Shown here piece after piece: positions 50,094 to 63,514 of a stretch of DNA of 64,000 nucleotides. The translations under genes and the position numbers were made by a program. The stretch comes from Octopus vulgaris (Eukaryota): assembly GCA_951406725.2 (NCBI GenBank), contig OX597822.1, positions 29,264,001 to 29,328,000 on the forward strand, in the 5' to 3' direction. The notes under the pieces are model-generated. The model saw nothing but the letters and a program-made list of their open reading frames with translations, ran no database searches and was not told where the DNA came from. The stretch's first letter is position 1. Each line of letters starts with the position of its first letter.

Positions 50094-50692
50094 ATCATCA
50101 TCATCATTTAACATGCATTGTCCACGCTAGCATGGGTTGGATGGTTTGACTGGGCTAGCATGCTGGAAAGCTGCACCAGACTCCAGTCTGGCTTGGCATG
50201 GTTTTCTGTGGTTGGATACCTTTCCTAATGCCAACCACTCCGAGAGTGTAATGGGTGTTTTTACATGCCACTGGCATGACACCAGTATCTGCCATGACTC
50301 AGCTTGATGGGTCTTCTTCTCAAGCACGACATAATACCAAAGGTCTTGGTCATTGCCTCTGTGAGGCCCAACACTTGAAAAGACCTCAGCCATTTTGCCT
50401 CCATAAGACCTAACGCTCGAACGGAACTCAGCCATTTTGTGTCCGTGAGGCCCAACACTTGAAAGGTGCTTACGTGCCACTGGCACGGGTTGCCAGTTAC
50501 CACAACTATGATTTCACTTGGCTTGATGGGTCCTCTCAATCACAACACATCGCCGACAGTCTTGGTCACTAGTCATTACCTATGTGAGGCTCAAACATCG
50601 AAGATCATGCTTCACCACCTCGTCCCATGTCTTCCTGGTCTACCTCTACTGTAAGTTCCCTCCACAGTTAGAGATAGGCACTTTTTTACACA
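50094..50692 (-). pseudogene. RTE LINE 3' end: ORF C-terminus joined to family C 3' UTR
   Basis: Minus 50692-50514: CVKKCLSLTVEGTYSRGRP/RKTWDEVVKHDLRCLSLT*VMTSDQDCRRCVVIERTHQAK*, continuing into family C and (GAT)n. Confidence 0.85.
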
Positions 50693-51579
50693 ATATTTGT
50701 CTTCTAATATCTCTTCTAAACTTCTGTAATAGTAAATCTTCAAGTTAGAAAAGATTTAAGTGGTGTAAGTGAAAAATATAGGGTTTGCAATTCATACAGT
50801 TTGTAATAAAAAAGGCTCCACTTATTTGTTCATTCAATGTCCACTTTTTCTTTCACAGTAGCATGGTTGAAATAGGGGTGTGGTTTTGAGACAGGAATTT
50901 TTTACAGCCTTGATGCACCTCCTGTCACCAACCCTTTTTGTTTTCAAGTAAGGATTTAAAAAATTTTATTTCATAGGGATGAAAGGCATAGTTGACCTCG
51001 GCAGGATTTGAGCTCAGAATGTAAAGAGTCTGGAGAAAGATTGCAAAACATTTTGTCTGATGTTCTAATGATTTTGCCAGATAATAAAAAGAAATGAAAT
51101 ATTGCCAGTGTATGTATTTTTATTGGCAAAATGACCCTCTCAAGGCACAACATCTGTTTTAACACATGATTTCTTGTAAAACACCCCACCTCCTCTACAC
51201 ATAAATAACCCAAACAAACTCCATCTTTTATCTTATAAGATGATTTTCTAGTCGAGTAACTCAAGTCACCACTTGAACTAAGCTGATGATAAAGAGATAG
51301 TAAAAGATAAACAGATCAAATAATACTTAGGAGCAACCTGGCTCAGCCTTGTCTGGATCAACACTTTACATGTTAACATGCAGTCATTGATTGTAGGAAT
51401 GCTGTGTGGTAGAGAGGTTATGTTATGCCTGTTGGCAGATCCAGCTGGCTTATTATGTAAGCCTGTAGGTTAGGTCATGGTGGCAGTAGAGATGAGTGGT
51501 TTGACCTCAGCCAGTGTCCAATACCTTGGGAATTAACAAAGGTCATATTACTAATAAGAATCACCATCATTTGGTTTTA

Positions 51580-51852
51580 AGTGTAGGTAAGTGTCTTCTA
51601 TTATAGTCTCAGGCTGATCAAAGCCTTGTGAGTGAATTTGGTAAATGGAAACTGAAAGAAGCCCTTTGTCAATATGTGTGTGTGTGTGTGTACTCACATG
51701 ATAGTTGTAAACAACCAGCACCACCATGCAAGTGATATTTCCAGTCTTCTTCTGGCCCTGAGGAATGTTACCTTGCTTAGAAAGAGTGGAGAAGTGATGA
51801 CAGAAGGACAACTGGCCATAGAAAATATGGAAAGTGGACATTAAATGATGAT
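51580..51852 (+). mobile_element. SINE with family B head and RTE-like tail (partial)
   Basis: B left half, then ggaaagtggacattaaatgatgat. Confidence 0.65.
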
Positions 51853-52078
51853 CATGAGTATGATAAATAGATCTGAATGTGCAGAAGGTAACTGCTGTAG
51901 ATAGGTCATGGTTCATAGTTCTAATCCTTATTAAACTGCTGAAGCACCATTAGCCCATCATGGGATGTTTGTTGTAGAATGGTCTCTCTGATTAGCTATG
52001 ATCAAATTGATACATAGGTGCTTAGGTATTTGGCCAAACAGTTAGGTGCAACCCACAGATCTTTTGTTCTATTTAGTT

Positions 52079-52685
52079 CAGTGGTTCTCATCCAGGGTCC
52101 ATATGGCTCCTGTAGGTCCATTTAGGATTTTGCAGGGTCCACGGAACAAAATAGTAAATTTGGGGAGCGACAGTAGTGTTTTAAGGGCCCCTGAAAATTT
52201 TTTGCTTTAGGTGTCCGTGCTGGTGGCACATAAGAAGCACCAACCGATCGTGGCCGTTGCCAGCCTCGCCTGGCACCTATGCTGGTGGCACGTAAAAAGC
52301 ACCCACTACACTCACGGAGTGGTTGGCATTTAGGAAGGGCATCGAGCTGTAGAAACACTGCCAGATCAGACTGGAGCCTGGTGCAGCCTTCTGGCTTCCT
52401 AAATCCCGGTCAAACCGTCCAACCCATGCTAGCATAGAAAACGGATGTTAAATGATGATGATGATGATGTATGTATTGGTATGTATTGCAAGAAACAGCT
52501 AGGTTTCTTTCTCTAACATTTTACATAGTCGAACCTACACAAGTTAATGTGTAAAAAAAATAAAATAGTAATTTTGAAGGAAGTATCTATAAAACTAGTT
52601 TTTAAACATCAAATAGCGATGGGGTTCACCAGAATGAAATAGTTACCAAAGGGGTTCATAGATAAAAAATGGTTGAGAACCCCTG
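52079..52685. mobile_element. hAT (Charlie-like) MITE containing an RTE 3' UTR insert (52214-52468)
   Basis: TIR cagtggttctca / tgagaacccctg; flanks atttagtt / atctagat fit the NTCTAGAN target. Confidence 0.75.
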
Positions 52686-52788
52686 ATCTAGATCACAGTT
52701 CCCTTTTTTCTTTTTTCCTGTCCTATTTTCCTGTTACTTATGATAAAAATTGATAAAAAAGTAGTTTTATATGCAAGACTATTTATTA

Positions 52789-53004
52789 TGAGGGATTTAT
52801 GAAAAGTTCCTGGCTTTAAGTGTATTGTGAAAGGCTTGGTTGGAGGCCCAACCTTCTGAGTTCTTTTGCAGGGCTCAGAAAAACTGAAGGACTGCTGCAG
52901 TAAGTGTGTGAATCTGAGAGTGGAATATGTTGAAAGAAATCATAATTAACTGATCCTCCTGTATTTTATTTTATCCAAAGCCAGGAACTTTTCAGCACCC
53001 ACCA
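52789..53004 (+). mobile_element. mariner-derived MITE
   Basis: TA flanks, TIR core gaaaagttcctggcttt / aaagccaggaacttttc; remnant AWLEAQPSEFFLQGSEKLKDCCSKCVNLRVEYVE. Confidence 0.8.
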
Positions 53005-53051
53005 TACATAATGTTAATAAGTCTTATATTATTCTAACATTAGCATCTTAA

Positions 53052-53272
53052 CCCTTTAGTGTTCGCATTATTCTGCCAAAATTAATGCTTTTTTATCCAT
53101 ATTGTTTTGAAGTAATCACACATTATCTTGTAGCTATGAGATTTTAATGAGGTAGCTGTTAATTTTTAAAACCATATTGTAGGGTTGGTGTAAGAGACCA
53201 GATCTGGCCAGTTTGACCATAAAACAGGCAGAATACTTTTGGCCGGATATGGCCGGTTTAAATGCTAAAGGG
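53052..53272 (-). mobile_element. piggyBac-like MITE
   Basis: TTAA TSD, ccctttag TIRs; reverse copy of 41870-42088. Confidence 0.85.
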
Positions 53273-53984
53273 TTAAATCAACATTAATCCTTTTTCTTTC
53301 ATATTTCCGTTGAAATATATTACATTGCTTTCAATTAATTTAGATTAGAAAATAATGAGGAATATAGCAAAGTAACTTTGTCAATATTAAGCTGATGCAT
53401 GGAACATAAAGTAACATGATATTTTAATAAGTTTTAACTTACATCATTTTAAAACAGGAAGTCTCTAGATTTATGGAGACTAAATATTGTGAAAACTATG
53501 ACTAATGGTAAAGAATTTTTCATTCTAAAACCCATTACCCCACTGACATCCCCAAATTATTTTCCTGTGAAATCTTGAAATTACATCCCTAAGGGAACTT
53601 TCTTCCAGGTTAGGAATTGTAGTTTTAGATGTTTTAGACATACCATTCCACTGCTTATGTGAAAATCAATTTCTATATTCAGTAGTGTACTGTAAGAAGT
53701 ATATATTTCTTCGCAGGGTTACATATTTTTACTAGCTGTGTGATCTGGAATAATGTGAAATGGAGTGTTTTGCTCAAGAACACACTGCATTGCCTGATCC
53801 AAGATTTGAAACTATAATCTTATGATCATGAATCCAACACTCTAACAACTAAGCCATGCACCTCCACAGAGAAACCAGGAAATCTGCTCTAGGCTCCTTA
53901 CAGAGTAATGTGGACTAACCATTGAAATTGTTGTAGCTGTCACCTGCTAGATCATCTTACTAGGACTTTACTTTTGTTTGACAC

Positions 53985-54216
53985 AGCAAGAGGCCTTGTG
54001 GTAGGCACCACACCAGATGGCTGGACATGATTAAGGAACATCTCCAGAAGCTCAACATCACCTTGGAGGATGCAGAGGGGCTGGCATGGGACTGCCAGCA
54101 ATGAAGAGTACTAGTGAACCTAGTCCACTCTACATATGGTGACACTTCTGGGACTACTAACCTGGGATGACCCCAACAAGCAACAGCATAAAGCAAGCCA
54201 GCAAGCAGCAAGCAAC
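53985..54216 (+). pseudogene. RTE-clade LINE 3' fragment (third family)
   Basis: SKRPCGRHHTRWLDMIKEHLQKLNITLEDAEGLAWDCQQ*RVLV; gcaa-repeat tail. Confidence 0.8.
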
Positions 54217-54433
54217 CATTGTAAGGAATGCAGTGTTAGAATTTGGTCATGTATTCTCTCTACTGTCCAGTCTATATTTCTGTACATCTCTGTTGATTCT
54301 GGTGGGAGCCAGAGTACTTGCCAATTGCTGTTTCTCTGCACTCGTTATTGGTGGTATGCACTCCATTATAGTGTTTGGGACTAATGTGGTTATTAAGGGT
54401 GTGACTATTTGTCTGTGTTTATCTGAGCTGAGT

Positions 54434-54617
54434 ATCTTTTACTTGTTTCAGTCTTTGGATTGCGACCATGCTGGGGCACCACCTTGAAGGGTTTTAGTCA
54501 AACAGATCAGTCTGGTACTTATTCCATTGGTCTCTTTTGCCAAACTGCTAAGTTATTGGGACATAAAAAAGGAAAAAAAAAACAACACCATTTGTCAGGC
54601 AGTGTGGTGGTGGGACA

Positions 54618-54660
<43 letters not shown>

Positions 54661-55556
54661 ATACTGTGCACACACACATACTGTGCACACACACATGCTG
54701 CACATACACGCTGCACACATGCAAACATGCTAAACATGCTAAACACACACACACACACAATGGCTTTCCATACAGTTTTCACTGACCAAATCCACTCACA
54801 GGATATTGATCAACCCAAGGCTATGGTAGAAGACACTTGTCCAAGATACTGTATGGTGGGACTGAACCTGAAACGATGTGATTGCCAAGCAAGCTTCTTA
54901 ACCACATGGCCACATCTGCACCTGAGTAGAAGAGATGATTTCAAAGAAGCTATTCTAGGTATGTCTAAGTATTTAAGGCTGATTCTACAAGCAGTGGACA
55001 GGGATTGTGGAGGCTGGAATCTACTGTGGAAACAAATGCTTCCCCTTGTCCAGGTTACGTATCTGGATAAATTAGGTTTATTTCTTTACTCTTTTACTTG
55101 TTTCAGTCATTTGACTGTGACCATGCTGGAGCACTGCCTTTTAGTCGAGCAAATCGACCACAGGACTTATTCTTTGTAAGCCTAGTACTTATTCTATCGG
55201 TCTCTTTTGCCGAACCGCTAAGTTATGGGGACGTAACCACACCAGCATTGGTTGTCAAGTGATGTTGGGGGGACAAACACAGACACATATATAATTATAT
55301 ATATATACACATATAACCCATGCTAGCATGGAAAGCGGACGCTAAATGATGATGATGATGATGATGATGATATATATATATATACATATATACAACGGGC
55401 TTCTTTCAGTTTCTGTCTACCAAATCCACTTACAAGGCTTTGGTCAGCCCGAGGCTGTAGTAGAAGACACTTGCCCAAGGTGCCATGCAGTGGGACTGAA
55501 CCTGAAACCATGAGGTTGGGAAGCAAGCTACTTACCACACAGCCACTCCTATGCCT
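54434..55556 (-). mobile_element. Two SINE family B copies (54434-54922, 55083-55556)
   Basis: Family B in reverse; the second carries an RTE tail fragment (55316-55370) in its microsatellite. Confidence 0.8.
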
Positions 55557-56234
55557 GTGTATTCATGTTAATATATGCTCAGTTCTTTTGACTGCTAGGA
55601 GTATATTTTAGATCAAACATAAGGAGACAACTAATTAAGACCGTGCATTAATTAAAGGTTGTGAAAGTACTATGAAACCAGTATTGATCACAAATTAACT
55701 CTTCTTGTTAGTTTGATTTTTACCTCTGTTTTTCAATACTAGTATGGCTTGAAGCATTTTTTTTTTACAGTTGGTTGCCCTTATGGTGACTAACCGTTAC
55801 CTGTTTTTCAGCTAAGGTATATCTGATTCCATGTCTTCAAAGGCCCAGAGCTAGCTAACAATCTGTTTGTCAGGAGAAATAACAGAATTGTCATCACCTG
55901 TAGCTGAGCAAACACATAAAGACACACATATACACACGCAATGGTCTTTCAGTTTCTGTCTACCAAATTCACTCACAAAGTTTTGGTTACCCCGACGCTA
56001 CATATAATAGAAGAAACTTGTCGAAGGTGCTATGCAGTGGGAGTGAACACTGAAGCTGCATATAGCCAATTTAATATTTAAATGACCATCGTTTTAACTT
56101 ATCATTTACATTAAAAAAATCTTATTCGTTTAACTAAAATTTTTGTTTATTTTATGTGACTTTTGTGTGTAATTATTAAATTGCTGAATTGCACGCTTGT
56201 GATAAAGTGTGTCAAATATCTGTTACATATGTAT

Positions 56235-56277
<43 letters not shown>

Positions 56278-56747
56278 TGTGTACAAATGTATGCGTGTGT
56301 TTACTGAGGATTGCCTGTATTTAATTAGAACACTGTGTGAAACCTTAGTGTGGATTTAATTATATAGTTAGGCCATCTCCCTCCACATGCTTCTGTGCAC
56401 TTACATTTGCACTCTTTTCCTGATAGTTAATTTGAGTATAATTTGTAAAACTGGTTCTTAATTTTGTTAATTGATTTGTGACAGCTGTGACATTTTTTTC
56501 TCTTTTTTTTTTTTGTGTCTATTTTTGTCCATTGGAATACTTTACCAACTTCTCTTTGTCATTTGCTATCCCCAACTGCATCAGTATATGTGTGACGATA
56601 TAGGTGTCTTGTACTCTGGTCCTGGCCTGATCAAAACCTTGTGAGTAGGTTTGGTAGACAAAAACTGGAAGAAGCTTGTCTGTATGTGTGTGTGTGTGTG
56701 TGTATGTGTGTGCAAGCGCCTATATATATATATATATATATATATAC

Positions 56748-57124
56748 ATTCTTTTATTCTTTTACGTGTTTCAGTCATTTGACTGTAGCCATGTTGGAGC
56801 ACTGTCTTTAGTCGAACAAATAGACTCCAGGACTTATTCTTTGTAAGCCTGGTACTTATTTTATTGGTCTCTTTTGACGAACTGCTAAGTCACAGGGACA
56901 TAAACACACCATCAGTTGTCAAGTGATGGTGGAGGGACAAAAGCACACACACACACAAATGCATACATATATGTATACATGACGGGCTTCTTTTAGTTTC
57001 CGTTTAGCAAATCCACTCACAAGGGTTTTGTCGACCTGAGGCTACAGGTGCCATGCAGTGGGACTGAACCTGGAACCATGTAGTTGGGAAGCAAACTTCT
57101 TACCACACAGCCATGCCTGCACCT
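56748..57124 (-). mobile_element. SINE family B
   Basis: Family B in reverse. Confidence 0.8.
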
Positions 57125-57478
57125 ATATATATATATATATCTATCTATATATATATATATATATATATCACACATACACACACACTAGCTTAAAAGCTGC
57201 ACTCTGTGTGGGCTTTTAAACTAGTTCTTGTGGAGGACTAATTGGGTCTGTGGCCCCAAACTAAAGACTGCAATTATAACAATGCATTTGTTAGTACCCT
57301 AGCAATATGGTATTACTTTAAATTCAGTTTAAATGTAAAACCTGCAAGTTCACAAATTTTTGGAGTTCTTTTAGAATTTGAATTTTCAACTGTGAGCATG
57401 TAACAAATCCTTATCCAGACCTGATCCCAATGCTGAATATTCAAGAACCAAATGAAGGGAAGATTTCCAATCCCAGGA

Positions 57479-57852
57479 AATCTTCAGCTGCATAAAAAAA
57501 CATAGAATTTAATTAAATTTGAAGGACTGAGTTACAACTGTGATGTTGTTGGTAAAACAGGTTCTTTGTCTATCTCCTTATCCTCTTGGAGGTTTTGGAT
57601 AAAATTATACCAACGAGTCCTTCAAATTTAATTAAATTCTATGTTTTTTGTGCAGCTGAAGATTGCTCTACATTTTAAATTGATGTAATGTTTGCGTTGT
57701 TCAATTAAATGGCGTTGCATGAAACGATCGTACTGCATTACCTCTGGATATCGTTGTTGCTTATTTTGATTTTAATCACCTTATTTTAAATTATATGGAT
57801 AATACCATACTAAATTCTGGTGCCTTCAACTTAAGTACCATATTCATCTGAA
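57479..57852 (+). mobile_element. Penelope-like terminal repeat with partial inverted copy
   Basis: 57479-57528 is the reverse complement of 57616-57664; hammerhead inside; ends at (TC)n(TA)n. Confidence 0.6.
57651..57737 (+). ncRNA. Type-I hammerhead ribozyme, intact core
   Basis: tgcag CTGAAGA ttgc...gcat GAAA cgatcg TA ctgca: stem I tgcag/ctgca, palindromic stem III acgatcgt, GUA cleavage triplet, long stem II loop. Confidence 0.7.
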
Positions 57853-57918
<66 letters not shown>

Positions 57919-58304
57919 TATAAGTGTATGTGTGTTTGTATATATGTATATGTATACATATATATTATATGTACATGACAAATGATTGATTACAAGTGAA
58001 GTATAATGAAATATGTATTTATGCTGGAATGACATGATAGCATTGTTTGGTAATAATGTAATAATTAACCGAACTATGGAATGGAAGCAGCAGTTTACAT
58101 GTTGCTGCTCTTTCTCATTGGTGTTTTATTGCATTCCAGCTTCAGTTTTTATGCAGCAGAGTCTTAATGTCTCATGAGACGAATTGCTTAGTCATCTGTA
58201 TGAACTCTCTCCCTGCAATACAAATGCACACACATACATATGCATATACAAACGATGATGATGATGATGATCACCATTGTTCTCATCATCATGATCATCA
58301 TTGC

Positions 58305-58630
58305 CATCATCATCATCATCATTTAATGTCAGTTGTCCATACTGGTATGTGTTGGACGGTTTGACCCGGGCTGGTAAGCTGAGGGGCTGCGCCAGACTCC
58401 TGTCTGATCCAGCATGATTTCTACGGCTGGATGCTCTTCCTAACGCTAATCACTCCAAGAGTGGAACAGGTGCTTTTATGTTCCACCAGCGCAGGTGCCA
58501 GTTGTGTGACACCTGTATCTTCCATGACTATGATTTCACCTGGCTCGATAGGTTTTCTTCTCGAGCATGGCAGATCGCCAAGGGACTTGGTCATTTGTCA
58601 TTGCCTCCGTGAGGCCCAATACTCAAAAGG
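58305..58630 (-). mobile_element. RTE 3' end (family C)
   Basis: (CAT)n tail and family C body. Confidence 0.75.
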
Positions 58631-58892
58631 TGCTTTTTATGTACCACAAGCATGAATGTTAGTTACAATTTAAACCTGGAATCTTCTGATCTGTAGTTAT
58701 CCATTGCATCACAATTCCTTATTTGATGTCCACTTTTCTGTGCTTGCCTGGTTCAGATGATACTTGTTGAGGCAGATTTTGTATGGCTGGGTGCCCTTCC
58801 TGTTGCTAACCCTCACCTGCTTCCAAGCAAGATAATATTTTCTCATGGTCCAGCATATATGTTTTTCATGGAAGATTGGAAGTCAACAATAT

Positions 58893-59330
58893 TCTTTTCT
58901 ACTCTGGGCACAAAGCCTGAAATTTTTGGAGAGTGGAGGGCAGTCAATTAGATCGGCTCCAGCATGCAACTGGTACTTAGTTTATCAACCCCGAAAGGAT
59001 GAAAGGCAAAGTCGACCTCGGCGGAATTTGAACTCAGCACATCTTAATGGCAGATGAAATACTGCTAAGCATTCCGCCTGGCATGCTAACATTTCTGCCA
59101 GCCCAACCGCCTTAAAATTATAGAATCTTTTCTACTCTAGGCACAAGGCCTGAAATTTTTGGGGAGGGGCCCAGTCGATTAGATTGACCCCAGTATACTT
59201 AATTTATCGACCCTGAAAGGATGAAAGGCAAAGTTGACCTAGGCGGAATTTGAACTCAGATTGTAAAGACGGACAAAATACTGCTAAGCATTTCGTCTGG
59301 TGTGCTAACGTTTCTGCCTGCTCGCCACCT
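58893..59330 (-). mobile_element. Two SINE family A copies
   Basis: 58893-59113 and 59126-59330. Confidence 0.8.
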
Positions 59331-59585
59331 TTGGAAGTGAACAATATTGCTTGTATGTTTACAGATATTATGTGACGACAACGCAAGGCTATCACACACA
59401 TATGCACATACACACACATGTATATCCTTTATCTTTTTCAGTCACTAGACTGTGGCCATGCTGGAGCACACTGCCTTGAAGAATTTTTAGTTGAATATAT
59501 CCACCCCAGTACTTTTAAAAGCTTGGTCCTTATTCTATCAGTCTCTTTTGCCAAACCATTAAGCTATGGTACATAAACACACACA

Positions 59586-59613
<28 letters not shown>

Positions 59614-59616
<3 letters not shown>

Positions 59617-59997
59617 GCGTTAGGAAGGGCATCCAGCCGTAGAAACACTGCCAGATTTGACTGGGCCTGATGAAGCCTTCTGGCTTCACAGACCCCAGTA
59701 GAACCGTCCAACCCATGCTAGCATGGAAAAACGGACGCTAAACGATGATGATGATGATGATATATATATATCCGAATGTGATTGATGCTAGGCTCACCTG
59801 ACTGGCTCTTGTGCTGGTGGCACATAAAAAGCACTCACTACACTCTTGGAGTGGTTGGCATTAAGAAGGGCATCCAACTGTAGAAATATAGCCAGATCAG
59901 ATTGGAGCTTGGTGCAGCCACTGGCTCTCCGGACCTTGGCCAAACCATCCAACCCATGCCAGCATGGAGAATGGACATTAAGCAATAATGATGATGA
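59614..59997 (+). mobile_element. Two RTE 3' UTR fragments (family C)
   Basis: 59614-59760 and 59797-59997, each ending (GAT)n. Confidence 0.8.
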
Positions 59998-60705
59998 TAA
60001 TATACTTCAGGCTTCTTTCAGTTTCCATCTACCAAATCCACTCACAAGGTTTTGGTTGAGTGGTTTCCAAATTCACCCACTATGTTTTGCCCTACTCAAA
60101 GCTATTGCAGAAGACACTTGCCCAAGGTGCCACACAGTGGGCCTGAACCCTGAACCCTCTAGTTGGGAAACAAGCTTCTTACCATGCAACCATGCCAAGC
60201 TTCTTTCAGTTTCCATACATCAAATCCTCTGATAAGGCTTTCGTCAGCTTGATGCTATAGTAAATGTTGGTGCACAGTGCAATTGAGCCCAAGACAGCAT
60301 GAGCAGACTTCTTAACAATGCACAGTAATTCTGCTTAATTTATCATGCCATTAATGTTCCACACGAAACCAACACTTGATAATATGAAACAAAAAAATTG
60401 AGGTGAAGTGGGTTGTTAAACATTTCTCATTGATTTAATATGTCGTTTCGATGCAGATTCTAGATGTGTGATACATATTTTATCTGTCTGAATACTATAT
60501 GCATGAATATATATATACATATGTCCGTGTGTATTTGTATGTATGAAGCTAACTATATTTCTTCCATTGATAGAATATGCTATTTGAGGCAGATAATTGA
60601 CTTGTGTAATATTTCATCCATTCATATAATTGTTTGTATTCAATGAAAGATATTCCCCATTGATAAAACCTGGGTTGTTTCAGTGCTGATTGTATAGCAT
60701 TAGAT

Positions 60706-61140
60706 ATCATCATCGTTTAATATCTGCTTTCCATGCTAGCATGGGTTGGACGGTTCGACTGGGGTCTGGGAAGCCAGGAGGCTGCACCAGGTCCTGTATG
60801 ATCTGGCAGTGTTTCTACAGCTGGGTGCCCTTCCTAACGCCAACCACTCCGTGAGTGTAGTGGGTGCTTTTTACGTGCTATATATATATATATATATTTG
60901 TCTTTATATGTTTCAGCCATTATACTACAGCCATACTGGAGCACTGCCTTGAAGAGCTTTTAATCAAATGAATTGACTCCAGTACTTATTTTTTCTTTAA
61001 GCCTGGTACTTAATGCCAAAACTGCTAAGTTATAGGGATGTAAACAAACCAACACTGGTTATCAAGCAGTGGTGGGGACAAACACACACACATATACAAT
61101 GGGCTTCTTTCAGTTTCTGTATACCAAATCCACTCACAGG
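60706..61140 (-). mobile_element. RTE 3' UTR fragment (60706-60878) and SINE B fragment (60905-61140)
   Basis: Family C and family B sequence in reverse. Confidence 0.7.
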
Positions 61141-61339
61141 GCCACAGTCAAAAGACTGAACCAGGTAAAAGAATAAGAAAAAAAATAAAAGAATTGGTAC
61201 AGAATTATGATTTGACAAGAAATGACAGCAAACCTGGCTGTTGTAGCTTTTTCAATGCATTTTCCTACTAAGTGCAGCATGCAGATATTTGCAAACACAT
61301 ATGCTCATATGCACTCCTTCACACCCATGTGTGCATGCA

Positions 61340-61402
<63 letters not shown>

Positions 61403-61969
61403 CAGTAAGCTTCATGCAATTTCCAACTGTCAAATTTACTTGTGAGGCATTGGTTTGGGCTTGATGTTATAGTAGAAAACACTTGTTCAAAGGGCTGTGC
61501 CGGAGGACTGAACTCGAAACCATGTGATTGAAATGTGAATGCTTTAACCATACAGCCATGGCTGCATTACAGACAGATGCAGTTTCTACTATGCAATCTT
61601 GACCATAGAACACTCTTTCTTTCTCACTTTTCTTTCCTCTCACTCTCTGCTACTCACTCTCTGTCTGTCTCTCACTCTCTTTGTCTCTCACTCTGTCTGT
61701 CTGTCTCTCCCTTCCTCCTCCTTCCTTTATAAAATTCCTCAAACAAAACCTTTTACAATACATATTTTAATTCACTTGCCACTTTGAGAAATGCAACATA
61801 TTCCTCATTGATAAGATCATTGCACTATATGCAAATGATTGAGAGAAAGAAGGGAGGGGAGAGAGGGGAATGTGATAACTTTATTTAAATGATATTTGCC
61901 ACTGGCTGTTGGATATTCCTTCCAATCAATATTTTGGTTATTGAATACAAAGATATTTTATATGCATAT

Positions 61970-62418
61970 AGGTGCAGGCGTGGCTGTGTGGTAAGAAGCA
62001 TGGTTCCTAACCACATGATTCTGGGTTCAGTACCACTGCATGGCCCTTGGGCAAGTGCCTTCTAAAATAGCCTCAGGCCAACAAAAGTCTTGTGAATGGA
62101 TTTGGTAGACCGGAACTTAAAGAAGCCCATCATATATGCGCGTGCGTGCGCGCGTGTGCATGTGTATGTGTGTGTGTGTTTGCGTTTGTGTGTGTGTGTG
62201 TTTGCGTTTGTGTGTGTGTGTGTGTGTGTGTGTTTGTCTCCCCTACCATCGCTTGATGACCAATGCTGGTGTGCTTATGTTCCTGTAACTTAGAGGTTTG
62301 GCAAGAGATCCAATAGAATAAGTAGTTGGCTTACAAAGTATAAGTCCTGGGGTTGATTTGCTTGACTAAAGGCAGTGCTCCAGCATGGCTACAGTGAAAT
62401 GACTGAAACAAGTAAAAG
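61970..62418 (+). mobile_element. SINE family B, full length
   Basis: Complete head to tail with internal (TG)n. Confidence 0.85.
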
Positions 62419-62455
<37 letters not shown>

Positions 62456-62660
62456 ATGTATGTATATGTATGTATGTATGTGTATGTATGTGTATGTATG
62501 TATGTATATGTATGTATATGTATGTATGTATGTATATGTATGTATATGTATGTATGCATGTATATGTATGTATATGTATGTATGTGTATGTATATGTATG
62601 TATGTATGTATATGTATGTATGTATATGTATGTATGTATATGTATGTATATATATGTATG

Positions 62661-62693
<33 letters not shown>

Positions 62694-62707
62694 GTATATA
62701 TATATAT
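62419..62707. repeat. (TA)n/(TATG)n compound microsatellite
   Basis: Visible simple repeat. Confidence 0.95.
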
Positions 62708-63042
62708 GACTAAAGTAAGCATGACTGCTGGACGATATACATCTTCATATGGGACGCTGTTACTGCATGTATTGAGTGAGTCACTCTTATTATAGTAAAG
62801 TGATGGTTGGCATATTTATATCGAATTGTATTTTGGCTGTTGAAGATTGATGGGAGTGGGGCGTAGTAAAAAGATATTAATGTATAAAAGATCTGCCCTT
62901 AAAGATAATTTACTTTACTTCTTCGAAATAAATTACGCACACACACACACACACCATACATACACTCTGTTCAACCCATACCAATATGGAATATAGATGT
63001 GAAATGATTAAGTGTTTGTGTGTGTAAATATATATATATATA

Positions 63043-63258
63043 CACTCTTTTACTTGTGTCAGTCATTTGATTGTGGCCATGCTGGAGCACCGCCTTTTAG
63101 TCGAGCTAATCGACCCCAGGACTTATTCTTTGTAAGCCTAGTACTTATTCTATCGGTCTCTTTTGCCAAACTGCTAAGTTACAGGGACATAAACACATCA
63201 GCATCGGATGTCAAGCGATGTTGGGGGACAAACACAGACTCACAAACATATACACACA

Positions 63259-63306
<48 letters not shown>

Positions 63307-63482
63307 CATACATATATATGACGGGCTACTTTCAGTTTCCATCTACCAAATCCACTCATCAAGCTTTGGTCAGCCTGAGGCTATAGTAGAAGACACTTGC
63401 CCAAAGCACTACACAGTGGGACTGAACCCAGAACCATGTGGTTCGTAAGCAAGCTACTTACTACACAGCCACTCCTACGCCT
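63043..63482 (-). mobile_element. SINE family B, full length
   Basis: Complete copy in reverse. Confidence 0.85.
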
Positions 63483-63514
63483 ATATATATAGGCGTAGTA
63501 TAGGCCTACTATAT

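Noticed and set aside
54460-55179. 239-aa ORF
   Set aside because: Reads through two SINE B copies and a (CA)n tract; the same peptides recur at every SINE B.
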